Source of the DNA: the human T2T-CHM13v2.0 reference genome, Homo sapiens
Assembly (NCBI RefSeq): GCF_009914755.1
Contig: NC_060926.1
Reading direction: 5' to 3' (one strand)
Length of the DNA: 64,000 bases
In this document: piece after piece, positions 47,131 through 61,830 of the stretch
Position numbering within the stretch: the stretch's first letter is position 1
How the letters are laid out: the number at the start of each line of letters is the position of its first letter
Notes under the pieces: generated by a model
The model's database searches: none
What the model was told of the DNA's origin: nothing
Seen by the model: only the letters and a program-made list of their open reading frames with translations
Position numbers and translations under genes: made by a program

Positions 47131-48029
47131 TAAAAATAAAGAAAGAATAATACCTATCTAATAGGAATGTTGCAAGAAATAAATAAGCTGACATATGTTA
47201 AGCACTTAGAACAGGACATGACATTTGGTAAGTGGTATGTAAGTGTTAACGTTCCCATCCTACCACCACAAATCCCTAAGATTTTATTTTAAGTACTACA
47301 CATAAATAGAAGAATTTTGGTGGATCTGAGGCTGTGAAGCATATAAGGAGGGGGGAAGTAGATTAAAAGGCTCATAATAAGCTAAGATTCCACAGGATAT
47401 CCTAACATCTTCTGGGAAAACAAGCAAGACCTACATGGGAAGCTGGTGGGCCACCATTCCAGGAAGCCAGTGGGACAGTTATGCTGGGCACTGCCTCAAG
47501 AGGCCGTCCTACCTGCCATGCCAAGAAACAACTGATGCCACCAGCTAAGAAGCTATCAACCATATGGGAAAAAATCAGCAGGCTCCAGGATCACAGGGAA
47601 GAATCTTGTCACAGAAAATGAATGCAGAGCCAAGAATTACTAAACGTTGGGTGAGGTGAACATAACTGATAACTCTCCAACAGAAGAAAGAACTTCCATG
47701 TGGGAAAAATATTAATACAAAATTTAAAGGGCTTTTAAAAATTAGAGTTATAATCCTCTTAAAAATGAATATAAAATTTTATCAATAAAGTAAGATTTTT
47801 AAATAGGTAGTTCCTTAAAAGAATCAATGAGAGATTTTGAAATTAAAAAGACAATTGATGTGTTTGCTAGCAGGGTAGGCATGGCTAAAGAGAAAATTAG
47901 AGAACTGGAAGATAAAACTATAAAAATTATCCAGAATTCAGCCGAGAGAGATAAAGAGCAGAAAATGTAAAATAAAAGTATGATAGATTAACTATGATAA
48001 GAAACAGAAGAGTATCTTGATACTTATTG

Positions 48030-49090
48030 TACAAGGTTCCTATGAATTATAAATCAATACATTAATTCTTATTAATTACAAGGGGGAAAATAATAAGGTA
48101 AACCTGAGAGACACTGCTGTGGTTTGGATATGATTTTTTTTGTCTCCACCAAATTCATGTTGAAATTTAATCCCTAGTGTGGCAGTGTTGGGAGGTGGGG
48201 CCTAGTGGAAGGTGTTTGTGTCATGGGGGCAGATCCCTCATGAATAGATTAATGCCCTTCTGCAGAGGTGAGTGAGTTTTCACTCTATTAGCTCCCAAGA
48301 GAGCTGGTTGTTAAAATGGACTTGGCACCTCCCAGGTCTCTCTCTTTCTTCCTATCTCACCATGAGACCTCTGCACACACAGGCTCCCCTTCACCTTCTG
48401 CCATGATTGGAAGCAGCCTGAGGCCTTCACTCGATGCCCAATCTTGCCTTTCCAGCTCTCAGACTCATGAGCCAAATAAATCTTTTTTCCTTGTAAATTA
48501 CCAAGCCTCCAGTATTCCTTTATAGCAACACTAAATGGACCAAGACCGATACCATCCTAATCATGTGATCAAAGCTAGCATTACCAATACTAAGACAAAT
48601 CAACACCATGTCTCCCCAGATATGCTGTACTAGGCACAACATCCCCTCTGTGTTATTCTCAAAAATGCTTAAACTTAATCTGTTGGATAAAAATCATCAG
48701 ACAAATCTAAATTAAGAGATACTCTACAAAAAAAATTGACATTAGTTTTTTTAAAGTATCAAGGTCATGAAACGCAAAAAAAAAAAAAATAGTCCAAGAA
48801 ACCATCAGATTGAAGGAGTCAGGGAGACATGCCAGTTCCATGTGGAATCCTGGACTAGACTATGAACCGAAGAAAGGATATTAGTGGGAAAACTTATGAA
48901 ATTAAAATAAGGTAGATTAGTTAATAGTATTGTATCACTAGTAATTTCCTGGTTTTGATAATTATACTATGGTGATGTAAGAGGTTAACATTTAGGGAAA
49001 ATGTGATAAAGCATGTATTAAAAGTCTATGTACTCTTTTTGCAACTTTTTCGTATATCTAAAATTATATCAAAATAAAATTATCTTTAAA
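48030..49090 (+). mobile_element. L1MC-like 3' end interrupted by an MST LTR
   Basis: TTATTAATTACAAGGGG, ATGTGATCAAAG and AATTTCCTGGTTTTGATAATTATACTATGG..TTTTGCAACTTTTT. Confidence 0.75.
48115..48547 (+). mobile_element. MST (MSTB-like) MaLR solo LTR
   Basis: TGCTGTGGTTTGGAT..GGGGCAGATCCCTCATGAATAGATTAATGCCC..TTTATAGCAACACTAAATGGACCAAGAC; TSD GACAC / GATAC. Confidence 0.9.
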
Positions 49091-51184
49091 AAGTCACTTA
49101 GAACAGTGCCTAATACAGAATAGGCATTCAGTATATTGTAATTGCTGCTAAGATTATTGAAAGTAACATTTGAGAAGCATTTTCTACATTCATGGTTCCT
49201 AACCTGTGGGCTGATTTTCTGAAAAATCTACCTGGATACCAAATATTGTCTTTAAATAGAATATGTCTTTTACATTTATCTACTAATATTTGTCAAAAGA
49301 ATATAAAGTGCATTTGTTGACTAATAAAATGCACACTCAATTAAAAATATTGCCATACTATTTTGTACTTCTCTCATCAACAGGTAGAGTATTTTTCCAC
49401 ACCTTTTGAATCTGGGCTGGCCCTGTTACTTGCTTTGACCAACAAATATATCGCAATGAAATGGAAACTACCAAAGATAAAGAGATCTTAAAGCCTGCCA
49501 TAGAGACAAGCAGGGATGACACGAAAGGGATGACAATCAGTCTGACAGCTGATTTCCAAATAGCAGTGATCTAATCCTGAAGACAGTGGAATAATATCTT
49601 CATTAGGCTGAGAGAACATATCTGTTAACTTAGAAAATATCTTTGTAAACATCTTTCAAAAGCAGGGGAAAAACAGACATTTTCAGGCAAACAAAAGATG
49701 AGAATTTTACACAATAGACCATCACTAAGTGGAATTCAAATGGATATACTTCAGATGAAGGAAAGTGACCTGAGATATAAGAAGAAACAAAGAGCACAGA
49801 TATGGTGAATTTGTAGGTAAACCTAAAAAAATACGATCTACATGCATATCATCTTGTGGGGTTTAAAATAAACCAAAGAAACTAAAATTCACAGCAAAAA
49901 CAAATAATGCAGGGAAGAGGTGAGCACAGTTAACCTGTTTTAAGGTCCTTTTATTGTTCTAAATGAAGTTAAAAAAATTAACAGTCTTTCAGATTTGATA
50001 AGTTAGATATGCATGTGAGCATTTCTAGGAAAATTACTAAAATTAGAAAGGAAAAGTGAAATAAAAAATCGCATTTAACCAAAACAATGCAAGAAAGGAG
50101 AAGAAAAAACACAGCAAAGGCAAGACAAATAAAATGGTAGCAAGAAAGAAGATAAAATGCATCCAAATAAATTGGTGCTTACAACAGATGCAAATGGACT
50201 AAAATATTATAGCAAAACACAAAGATGTCAAACAATGAGATAAAGAACTGTTTTAGAACACTGCACATCAGTAGGAAAAAGTTGAACTTTTCAATAAATA
50301 TTGCTGAGATACTTTACTATCTATATGGAGAAAAAATGAAATTGAACCCCAAACCTCCTACCACTCATAAGATTCAATTCTAGCTGGACTAAAGATATAA
50401 TAGTGAAAGGCAAACTTTCCAAAGAAGAGACAAGAGTATATTTGTATGTTCTCAGGGTGAGTAAAGGATCCTTTAAAATGATACAATAAGCAAAATAATA
50501 AAAGATAAAATTTATAAATCAACTACATAAAATTGAGTAACTTTTGATCATCAAAACACACTATAAAGGAAGTAAAAATACAAGCCTCAAATTTATAACA
50601 CATAACTGGTGAGAGATTAAGATGCCACATAACTGGTGAGAGATTAAGATGCCAAACATATATTTTTAAACTTCTAAGCAGCAGTAAGACAAACGAACTA
50701 GGCAAAAAAGAGAAAATTATTGAATAGACAACCACACAGAAGGAACCAGATTGCAACAGCCAATAAACAAATAAAAATATGGTCTACTACACTAGTAATC
50801 AGGGAAATGAAAAATAAACCATAACAAGATACTATTTTATAATCACCATGTTGGCAAACATTGTAAAATCTCTTTATTCCAAGTGCAATGAAGAAGTGCA
50901 GCAAACAAAACACTTACACGGTGCTAGTAGAGGTGTCAACTATTACAATCACCCTAGAAGACAACTTGGGATTCTACAGTTGAAGATGCTCATGCCCTGT
51001 GAGTACATGCATGTGGACCATGGAGCATGTGCAGGGATGTTCACAGAAGCACCATTTGAGATGGTAAAAAATGCCCATCAGCCATTAAACAGATAAATAA
51101 GTTATGTTACATCCACACAACAATAATAGCTAATATTTATATAGTGCTTATAACATGCCAGAAAGTGTTCTAAATACTACTACT

Positions 51185-51484
51185 TTTTTTTTTTTTTTTT
51201 TTGAAATGGATTCTCGCTCAGTCGCCCAGGCTGGAGTGCGGTGGCATAATCTCGGCTCACTGCAACCTCTGCCTCCCGGGTTCAAGCAATTCTCTGCCTC
51301 AGTCCCCCGAGTAGCTGGGATTGCAGGGGCCCGCCACCATGCCCGGCTAATTTTTACAGTTTTAGTAGAGACGGGGTTTCACCATTTTGGCCAGGCTGGT
51401 CTTGAACTCCTGACCTCGTCGTGATCTACCTGCCTCTGCCTCCCAAAGTTCTGGGATTACAGACGTGAGCCACTGCACCCAGCC
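51185..51484 (-). mobile_element. AluS (Sg/Sx-type) inserted in a MIR
   Basis: Antisense dimer; AATACTA on both flanks; the surrounding 51120-51680 is antisense MIR. Confidence 0.95.
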
Positions 51485-51951
51485 AATACTAATACATTTT
51501 TAACTCATTCACCACACTCTTGTGAGGTAGGTATTATTATGCTCATGTTACAGAGAAGGAAAGTGAGTCATAAATAGGTTAAAAAATTTGTCTACTGTCA
51601 CACAGTTAATAAATGGTGGACCCAAGAATTTGAACAGGGATATTATAAGTCTAAGGGCTGTGTTCTTAGCCACCTATCTATCCCATCTCCCAAGATAATT
51701 AATCATGGAATACAATACAGCAGTAAGGCTACATACAAAAATGCAGACAATCTCTGAAACATAATGTTGAATGGGGGAGGGGAGAAATTTTTTGTAGAAG
51801 AATGTATACTGTGCTATTTATTTACATAAAGTTAAAAAACTTGTAAGACTAAATAAAGTTAAGGATATAAACATGATAAAGAATGATTCCATTTATTCAG
51901 ATATTGGAAAAGAAACCATAGATACTTTTATATCACTTGCAGATAAAATCA

Positions 51952-52700
<749 letters not shown>

Positions 52701-54061
52701 TCAAAGATAACATAATGTTCTTTCCTTACACAGGATTTTGGGTACTCATGTGCTCATTGTATTTTTATTTTGTATCTTATACATATTTCATGCATATTAT
52801 TTTGTATATACTCGATATTTAATAAAACATTTTTATATACTGTTTATAAAGAAGAAATATTAAGGAAAGGAATCAGAAAAATATGTTGTTAAATCTAAAT
52901 AAGTATTGATTGTAACAAAAAAAGGTTTTTAATAAAAATCTGAATTCAAAATTTGAATCAATAGTAACATGGGGTTTGGATAATGGAAAGACAAATAAAG
53001 GCATGCATTTTTGTTATATGCAGAGGAAGAATATAAATACTAATTAACTCTAGACTTCATGAGAAAAATATTCAGTTACATATTATGTCAAAATGGAAGA
53101 AAGACCTGAAAAAATCAAGATAAACTTTGTAACTTTCTAATCCGTAGAGGAAAATGTTCAAACAAATTTTTTTAAATGGCAGTATGTGCATGTAATTAAA
53201 AGCTATGGAGGCAAATACCCAGAAGAAACAGCCAGAAGAACTGGAAATGACTGTCTCAGGGAAGTGAGAAGTGCGAGAAATAATGGCTAAAGAAAGCTAT
53301 TTTTATTAGAAGTCTTATTTTTAACAAATGAACATGTATAACTTTAATAAAAAATAAAATAAAAATATAATTATTATATGCATAACTGGTATAGATCAAT
53401 TTTAAAAATAACTCCCAACTGCTGAAAAGGTCTTTGATACAATTCAACAGCTATTTATTACTCTTAAAACTTTTAGCAAATAAGTCAGAACTAAAGTCTT
53501 TAACTTGGTGCAATGACCTATTAATATCATGCAAGACAAAAATGTTTACTGCCGTTAATATTATTCAACATTGTATTAGAGGTCTAGCCAGTTTCCAAAA
53601 CAAGAAACAATATAAGAGAAAGAAATAAAAGTTATTTAAAAATTGAAAAGGAAATAAAATTGTCATTACCTACAGATGAGATTAAGAAAACTGAAGAAAA
53701 AACAACTGAAAACTATTGAAACTTATTTGAGAGTTCAGCAAAGTATCCAGATGCAAAATCACTACACAAAAATCAACAACTTTTCTATAAACTAGCATTT
53801 ACCAACTAAATATATTTTAGAAAAAAAATCTTATTCATTATAGAAACAAAAGCTACAAGCTACCTACAAGTAAGTCTATCATAAATATGCAAAACCTTTT
53901 TTGAGAAAAAACACACCATTTTATAGAAAGACATTTTTTAAAAGATGTTAATAAAGGAAGATTGATCATGTTCTTGGATGGAGAGATTCTATACTGTACT
54001 TCATTTCTCTCCAAAACAATCTATATATTCAATGCAATCTCAATCAAAATCTCAATGTGAC

Positions 54062-54543
54062 CGTATCAATCAGGATCCCAGCTGGAAACCAACAGCATAT
54101 TCCAATTAGGAGGAATCAAGGAGGTTTTGATACAGAGACTATCTACACATGAAATAGACAGGGTCTAGGAAATCACAAGGAAAAGTGCCGTATCCCAGAG
54201 CAAGCGTCACTGGGGATATTATCACCCCAAGGCATACAGGGGCAGAGGGAGAGCAGTTACCAGAATCCAGAAGGAAGGAGCTGGGACAAGAGGGCCACCT
54301 TGAGAAGACATGTGATCTTCAATAGAGGAACACAGCCAACCCCAAGCAGCCCTGCAGGCAGAGAGCCAGGAGAATAAATATCCCGCTCTCATCCTCTTCA
54401 CTCCCTCATCTTCTATTGGAGATCCTCCATTGGCTCAGCTGGGTGCTGGAGAATTGTCTGTATATTCCATAGTGCTTCCCAGGGCAGTGGGCAGGGTGAA
54501 ATGTAGAGAATGGATCCAGAGAAGTAAATCGAACCTATCTGAT
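54062..54543 (-). mobile_element. Ancient ERVL LTR (same family as 22715-23132)
   Basis: GTATCAATCAGG, GCAGTTACCAGAA, GAGCCAGGAGAATAAATATCCC and CCTCCATTGGCT. Confidence 0.7.
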
Positions 54544-55697
54544 GTTATAAAAGATAGGCCAATAGAATGCACAGAGTCAGAAACAGACCTTGATGTATAG
54601 GGAATTTGATAAATGATAGAGGTGGCATTTCAAATAAGAAGAGGAAAGATGGATTACTCAAAAGATGGTATTAGAGCAGATAGGCTCTCTATTTGGGGAA
54701 GGAAAATAGATACCTGTCTCATATGAATAAAGAAAATTTCTAGACGGAAAAAATACCTAAATGTAAAACCAAGCTACTTTAAAAAGTGAAAGAAAATATA
54801 ATATTTTTATATCCTTGCGGTAAGGATGTTAAAATCAAAAATCATAAAGATAGATAAATCTGACTTTTTCAAGTGCTATGTACTAAAATATAGCATCAAA
54901 TAATTTCAAGAAACTGAGAGAAAATATTTGCAAATACTATCAAAGAACTTGTACTCAGAATATGCAGAGAACTCCTAGAAATCTATAAGAAAAGGACAAA
55001 CTATCCAATAGAAAATAGTCTGCAGATATGAAAAAACAGTTCTTGGAAGGTTTACAAATGAGGAATAAATAAATAGAAAATGCTCAGTCTCACTAAAAGG
55101 TAGGAAAATATTAAATGATGCTATTTTTCACTTATCAGATGATCCAAATATTAAGTCTTATAACATCACATGATGACAGAACATGGGGAAACAAGTACTC
55201 TTTTGCACTGTTTGCGGGAGTAAAAGTGGAAGTGTTTCTTTAGAATACAAACCAAACATTTAAAAAGTGGTTATTTCTGGGGATCAAGTTAGAGGATTAG
55301 CATTGGTGATGTTGGTTGGGGGACCTTAGGTGCTATCTGTACCATGTTCACTATTTTTAGAAAATACAAGATTAAAGTATGTTACTGTGTTATTTGCATC
55401 ACGCAGCGATGATATTTCCTCATGATTCTGTCCTTGGCCCTTTGACCATTTCACTCCATACTATCCCCAAAAATATGTCATCCACTCCTACAGAATTATT
55501 GGCCACCCACATGCTGATGTCTCCCAAATCTGTATTTTCAGCTCAACAGGTGTTCGAGTAACTCAAAGATGTTGGGGCCAAGGTCTCTGAAATTCCCTTG
55601 GCTTTTCCCCTATGGTTCTGATAAGGTTGTTAGTCCAACAATCCTCATTCCAGGAAACAGATAGGGGAAGAGTCCAGAGGAAATGATGGTGCCTACA

Positions 55698-56847
55698 CAG
55701 GTTAAGCATCCCTAATCAGAAAATCTGAAGTCCAAAATGCTCCAAAACCCAAACATTTTTGAGCACCAACATGATACCACAAATGGAAAATTCCACACTT
55801 GACCTCATGTGACAGGTCGCAGTCGAAACCCAAGCGAACAACACATAGTTTGTCCAGTGTTCCCAAGGGAAAAAAGACTGTCCCAACCCTTTCAGGTGCT
55901 ATATACATCCTTCCTGCACATGCCCAGACTCCCTCCCAGCAAGCATGCCCACAAAGGGTAACAAAATGCAGGCTGGGTTCACCAATGGCGGGTTCTCCAC
56001 AATGCCCCATGTGGGGCCAAGACCTACAGGCATTACTTGCTGTGGTTGTTTATCTATTCTCTACCCTGTGGTGTAAAGGTGTTGTTGAAGATGTCATAAA
56101 GGCCTGCAGATGCTCCTATGGATAACAATATAAGAAAAAGAAATAATAAGAAAAAGAGGAAGCATTTATGATTGTCTATAGCATAGAAAGTCAAGCTATA
56201 GGAGAAACTGGACAGCAATGTCAGTGTGAAATGTCTTACAGCAGAGTATGGTGTTGGAATAACCACCATATACAGTTTCTTCCCACCTAAAAACATAAAA
56301 TAGATTGTGGGGTCACCTTTTAATCCAAACACAACATTGTAGGTGGAGACTGAAAGCCTGCCATTGTTTGTGGTTGCTGTTGTGTAACATGACGCAGGTA
56401 TCCTGGTGATGCTACTGTGCTGCTTAGTTACCCTGACACGTTATTTTTTCACTGTATTAATGGTATGTCACATTTCTTACTGTTAAGTACTTATGTGTGA
56501 ATAAATATAAGAAAGTGATTGCTAATCAACAGCATGTAAATTCAGAGTCAGGAATGATGGTGAGGCCAAACAACCATAGATTATCCCCATGATTGGCTGA
56601 GAGAGTGACACCTTTGCTTTCTGATGGTTCCATGTACACAAACTTTGTTTCAGGCACAAATAATTTAAGATATTGTACAAAATTACCTTTGGGCTATGTG
56701 TAGAAGACATATATGAAACATCAATGAATTTCAGGTTTAGGCTTGGGTCCCATCCCCAAGATGTGGGATATATTACGTATATGCAAATATTCCAAAATCC
56801 AAACACTTCTGGTACCAAGCATTTCAGGATAAGGGATACTCACCCTG
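55698..56847 (+). mobile_element. Tigger4 (TcMar-Tigger) internal-deletion derivative with both TIRs
   Basis: TIRs CAGGTTAAGCATCCCTAATC / GATAAGGGATACTCACCCTG followed by TA; dead N-terminal HTH KKRKHL*LSIA*KVKL*EKLDSNVSVKCLTAEYGVGITTIY at ~56150-56273. It splits an MLT1-like fragment. Confidence 0.9.
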
Positions 56848-56999
56848 TAATATAAAAACAAAACTTTCCCTGAAGTCCCCAGCAGACTTCAACTTGTTTC
56901 TCCTTGATCAAAAGAGTGTGAAATGGCTGCCCTTCGCTGCAAAGGAAGTTGGACCAAGTAGTTTATAGCTGGGCACATTGCTGTTGTTAGAATGTCACA

Positions 57000-57925
<926 letters not shown>

Positions 57926-57939
57926 CCTACAAGAAGATG

Positions 57940-58395
57940 ATAATATTATTGCTGCAATAACAAACAACTGCAAAATCTCAGTGGCTTACATTTTGCTGCA
58001 GTAACAACTGCAAAGTCTCAGTGGCTTACAACAACCAACACTTAATTTTCTTCTCATTTCACATGTCAGTGGCTACAGGTCAGCTCTGCTCCCTGTGCCT
58101 TCTCATTTTAGGACCCAGGCTGAGGGCACAGTCCCAATCTATGGCATGACATTCTCACAGTGGAAACACGGGATGCCTCTTAAAACTTCTACTCAGACAT
58201 GGTACACATTCCACCCTCTCACATTCTATTGACCAACACATGTCATACACGACCAAGGATATTATCTTGGGACTGGGAATGTATCCTCCTTCAACAGAGA
58301 GATGCCGTGAGTCACACAGCAATGGGAGAGGAGGTATAATCCTTTAACTCAGAAGGAAGAAGACAATAGTTGAGGCTAATCATATAATCTACCAC
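57940..58395 (-). mobile_element. MLT1H/I-like MaLR LTR
   Basis: GCTGCAATAACAAACAAC..AAAATCTCAGTGGCTTACA, GGACCCAGGCTGA and the end ATAATCTACCAC. Confidence 0.75.
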
Positions 58396-58409
58396 CATGA
58401 TAATGATAG

Positions 58410-58655
58410 TGACAACGTTATTTACTGAGTGTTTGCTGTCTGCCAGGCTTCATGCTAAATGCATTAATAAAATTTTTCCTTGTATCCTCACAAGACTACT
58501 GAGCACTATTGCTCCCCGCAGATGAGAAAATGGAGGGGAAGGGAGTTGGAGCAACTTGCTCATGGTCACATAATGAGTGGTAAAAGTGTGGATTTAAAAC
58601 TAATTTCAATTCTGTCTGCTCAGAATTCATGCTTTACATCATTATACCATGCTGC
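58410..58655 (-). mobile_element. MIR SINE relic
   Basis: TTTACTGAGTGTTTGC..TGCCAGGC, GCAGATGAGAAAATGGAGG and AACTTGCTCATGGTCACA. Confidence 0.75.
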
Positions 58656-59104
58656 TTCTGTGGCTCACTCCCAAGCTTAGTCTTTACCACCAATTGGCAA
58701 TTTCCAGGGTAGCTTTGAAAGGAGACATGTGACCAGCATGGTGCCCAGATCGCAGTCAGTGTTTGTAGAGCAAACAAATAAGCTACTGCACCCCATCTCC
58801 TATTTTTCAGTTAGCTAATTTGCATTCAAAGTGTCCGTTTCTGTTTGGGTGTCACTTCCTTCCAGAAACTTCCTCTGACCACACAGGCTGGGTTAGGATG
58901 CCTCTTCTGTGTGTCTATGGGAAACTGTGCATAGAGCTATTCTTGTACTTATTATAACAAACCATAATGATCTTTGTGACTTGAGAGCTCGCTCATGGCT
59001 TCTCACGTCTGAACCCTTCTTTCTCTTCCTCTGCTCCTCTCCCTCCTAGCCCTGGTTGGTCCCCCTGAGCAGGGTTATTATGTCCTCCAGATGGGATCAG
59101 ACCC

Positions 59105-60325
59105 ACTCACTCATTCTCTAAGGCCTGCTGTGCACACCAGGCAATGCAGTCAGCTCCTTCACCACCAACATCCTGTCTTGCAGAGCCCACAGCCCAATGG
59201 AGGAGCAAGATGAGAGACAAGGAATCAGACTGGAAGCATAAAATAATTCCAGATTGCAAAGACAAATATAAATAGAAAAGAGTGATAAGGCATGGGATAT
59301 CTACTTATCATAGGCTGGTCAGAGAAGTATGTTTTGAGACAGTGATGTTTAGGCTGAAACTGAATGATGAGAAGGAGCCAGCCATGGCACGACAGCAAAA
59401 CAGCACACCTTCCAAGCAGAGGGAACAACACATACAGAGGTGGCATAAAGCTTGTGTTCTAGAAATCAAAAGAAAGCACATGGCTGGAGTGTATGAGCTG
59501 CTGGGGACATGGCTTAATAATGCTGGAGGGATAGATTAGAAATAGATCTCACCAGGCATGTGGGCCATGGCAAGGAGTTTAGATGTGAACCTCTGGAAGG
59601 TTCTCAGGAGGGGAGAGACCATCTGCTTTTCATTTTAAGAACATCTTTCTGGCCACTGTGTGGAATAAAGTAGTAGGACACCATTGTATTGTCCAGAAGA
59701 TAGATGATGATGGTGGCCTAGGCTAAGGAGATGGAAACTAGTGGAGATGGATAAGCTGGTAGATTTTATACATCATGTGATGTGGCTTTAGGCATGCGTC
59801 ATTTGAGGAGTCTGCAGACATCCACGTGAAGCTGTCAGGCAGATGGAGCTTAGAGGAGAGGTCCAGGCCGGAGGTCTAATTTGAGAGCCATCAGAACACT
59901 GATGGGGTTTTAAGCTAAGGGGATAGAGAAAAGAAGTGAACCCAGGACTGAGACCTGGGCATACCAATATTGAGAACTCAGGAAGGGAGACTGAGGCAGT
60001 GGATCACAAGGTCAGGAGATCAAGACCATCCTGGCTAACACGGTAAAACCCTGCCTCTACTAAAAATACAAAAAAAATTAGCCAGGCATGGTGGCAGGTG
60101 CCTGTAGTCCCAGCTACTTGGGAGGCGGAGCTTGCAGTGAGCTGAGATCAGGCCACTGCACTCCAGCCTGGGCGACAGAGCGAGACTCCGTCTCAAAAAA
60201 AAAAAAAAGAACTCAAGAAGAGGAGGAGCTAGGGAAGGGGGTTAGGAAGGATGGCCAGAGAGGTGGGAAGAAAACCAGGAGACCCTGGAACCACAGATCT
60301 CAAGATCAAGAGGCTTTAAGTACAA
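59105..60325 (-). mobile_element. L2 antisense fragment split by an AluY
   Basis: GTGATGTTTAGGCTGAAACTGAATGATGAGAAGGAGCCAGCC, GGCCATGGCAAGGAGTTTAGAT and GAGGTCCAGGCCGGAG. Confidence 0.8.
59985..60207 (+). mobile_element. 5'-truncated AluY with an internal deletion in the right arm
   Basis: Starts at GGGAGACTGAGG; Y diagnostics present; TSD AGAACTCARGAA at 59973-59984 and 60208-60219. Confidence 0.95.
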
Positions 60326-60709
60326 ATGACCGAAAAGCATTAATATTTCTGCCCTGTGATAAATGGATCAAAAAAGATTCTGAATAAATGTTAGTGTTCT
60401 TTCCGCCTCTACCCTTAGATATTTACATGTTGATGAAGGTAAACATTTACATCAAAAAAACTGTTCTCTATTTGTGAGATTTTAGGTGTTGGCCTACACA
60501 AAGGAACATTTAGGAGAAGGGAGAAGAGTAATGATGAAATTATATCCCATGTAAAGCTAGACCTACCTTATTTATAAGTTTTGTTGCTAGGAGAGTCTTT
60601 AGAAACCACCTAGTACCCTGACTTAGACAGTAAGGCCAGCCTTGTGGCATCAATAATGAGCAGCACCTGACAAAATCACTCAAGTGCTCATAATGGGCTA
60701 CTCTATGGT

Positions 60710-60791
60710 TGCTCTGGGGGAGGGGCCAGCACTTGTGCTTTAACAAGCCCTCCAGGTAATTCCGATGCATGCTCCAGTTTGGGAACCCCTG
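60710..60791. mobile_element. MER5A fragment
   Basis: TTTAACAAGCCCTCCAGGTAATTCCGATGCATGCTCCAGTTTGGGAACCCCTG. Confidence 0.75.
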
Positions 60792-61452
60792 TATCACAAG
60801 AGCCCCTGGCCTGTTACCCCATTCATAGCTAATTGGTAATGCAGTAAGCACCACGGAATAAATAAGTCAAACCTGGAGCTGATAATCAATATAGCTTGGC
60901 AAGTCTTGGTGGCCATCGGTGACAGGACAAAGGGAGACATGCTAGGGCTTATCCCACGGCCCCTGGGAAGCCCCTGGAGGTAGCGTAGCAGCTAGGGACC
61001 CCGACTTGGTTGTACCACAGCCTCTGGGTTGTAATCCCTTGTCAAAGATTTTCCGTTTCAGTAATGCTGTTATCCTGGGGATTATGGCCAAATGGAAATA
61101 CATTAAATTGTAAATCACCTTCCCCACGTGGGCCAAGAGAAGCCCCAGAAGAATTCATTAAAGTGTAATGGTACCTGCACCTGTCATTACGCACGCCTCA
61201 CTCAAATAAGGCCATAGAATACAGATTATTCACCTGGAATATGGCCACGCCATAATGAGCTCCTCCAGGGTTAGCTCCTAGTGGAGAGTAGGAAAGAGTG
61301 AGGCAGCTACTTAGAGCAAAATATTTCCAGGAGTAGCAAGGATGCTGGGCTGGAAGACTTGCCCTGTCTGTACTGCTAATTCACTGCTTGTCCATGGGCA
61401 AACTGCTTCTTGTCCTGGCTCCAGTTTCCTCAACTGTGAAATAAATTGTTTC

Positions 61453-61720
61453 CAGTGCTTCTCAAACTTTAGAGTGCATAAAAATCACCTCAAGAGGTAG
61501 CCAGCCATTCCAGTACTCCCAGGACTGAGGGAAGTCCTGTGATATTGGCGTTTCAGTGGTAAAACCATGACAGTGCCAGGCAAACCGAGCCTAGTTGGTC
61601 ACCCTACTCCTGGAGGGCTTGTTGAATCAGAGTGCTATCCCCTCACCAGGGATTCTGATTCCATGAGGGAGAGGAGGAAGCAAAGGAGAGCAAGAGTTTG
61701 CTAACAAGCTCCCTGAATGC
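61453..61720. mobile_element. MER5-type element with a nested MER81-like MITE (~61492-61606)
   Basis: Start CAGTGCTTCTCAAACTTTAG..GCATAAAAATCACCT; the insert ends GGCAAACCG..GTTGGTCACCCTA (MER81 TIR); MER5 resumes CCTGGAGGGCTTGTT. Confidence 0.7.
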
Positions 61721-61830
61721 CAGGGATAGACTAGATGGTGGTTCCTAAATGCCTTTCTGCAGACAAGCTACATTAGACACACCTGAAGAGTTTGTTAAAA
61801 ATACCGGTTCCTAGGTTCCAGCACCAGACA

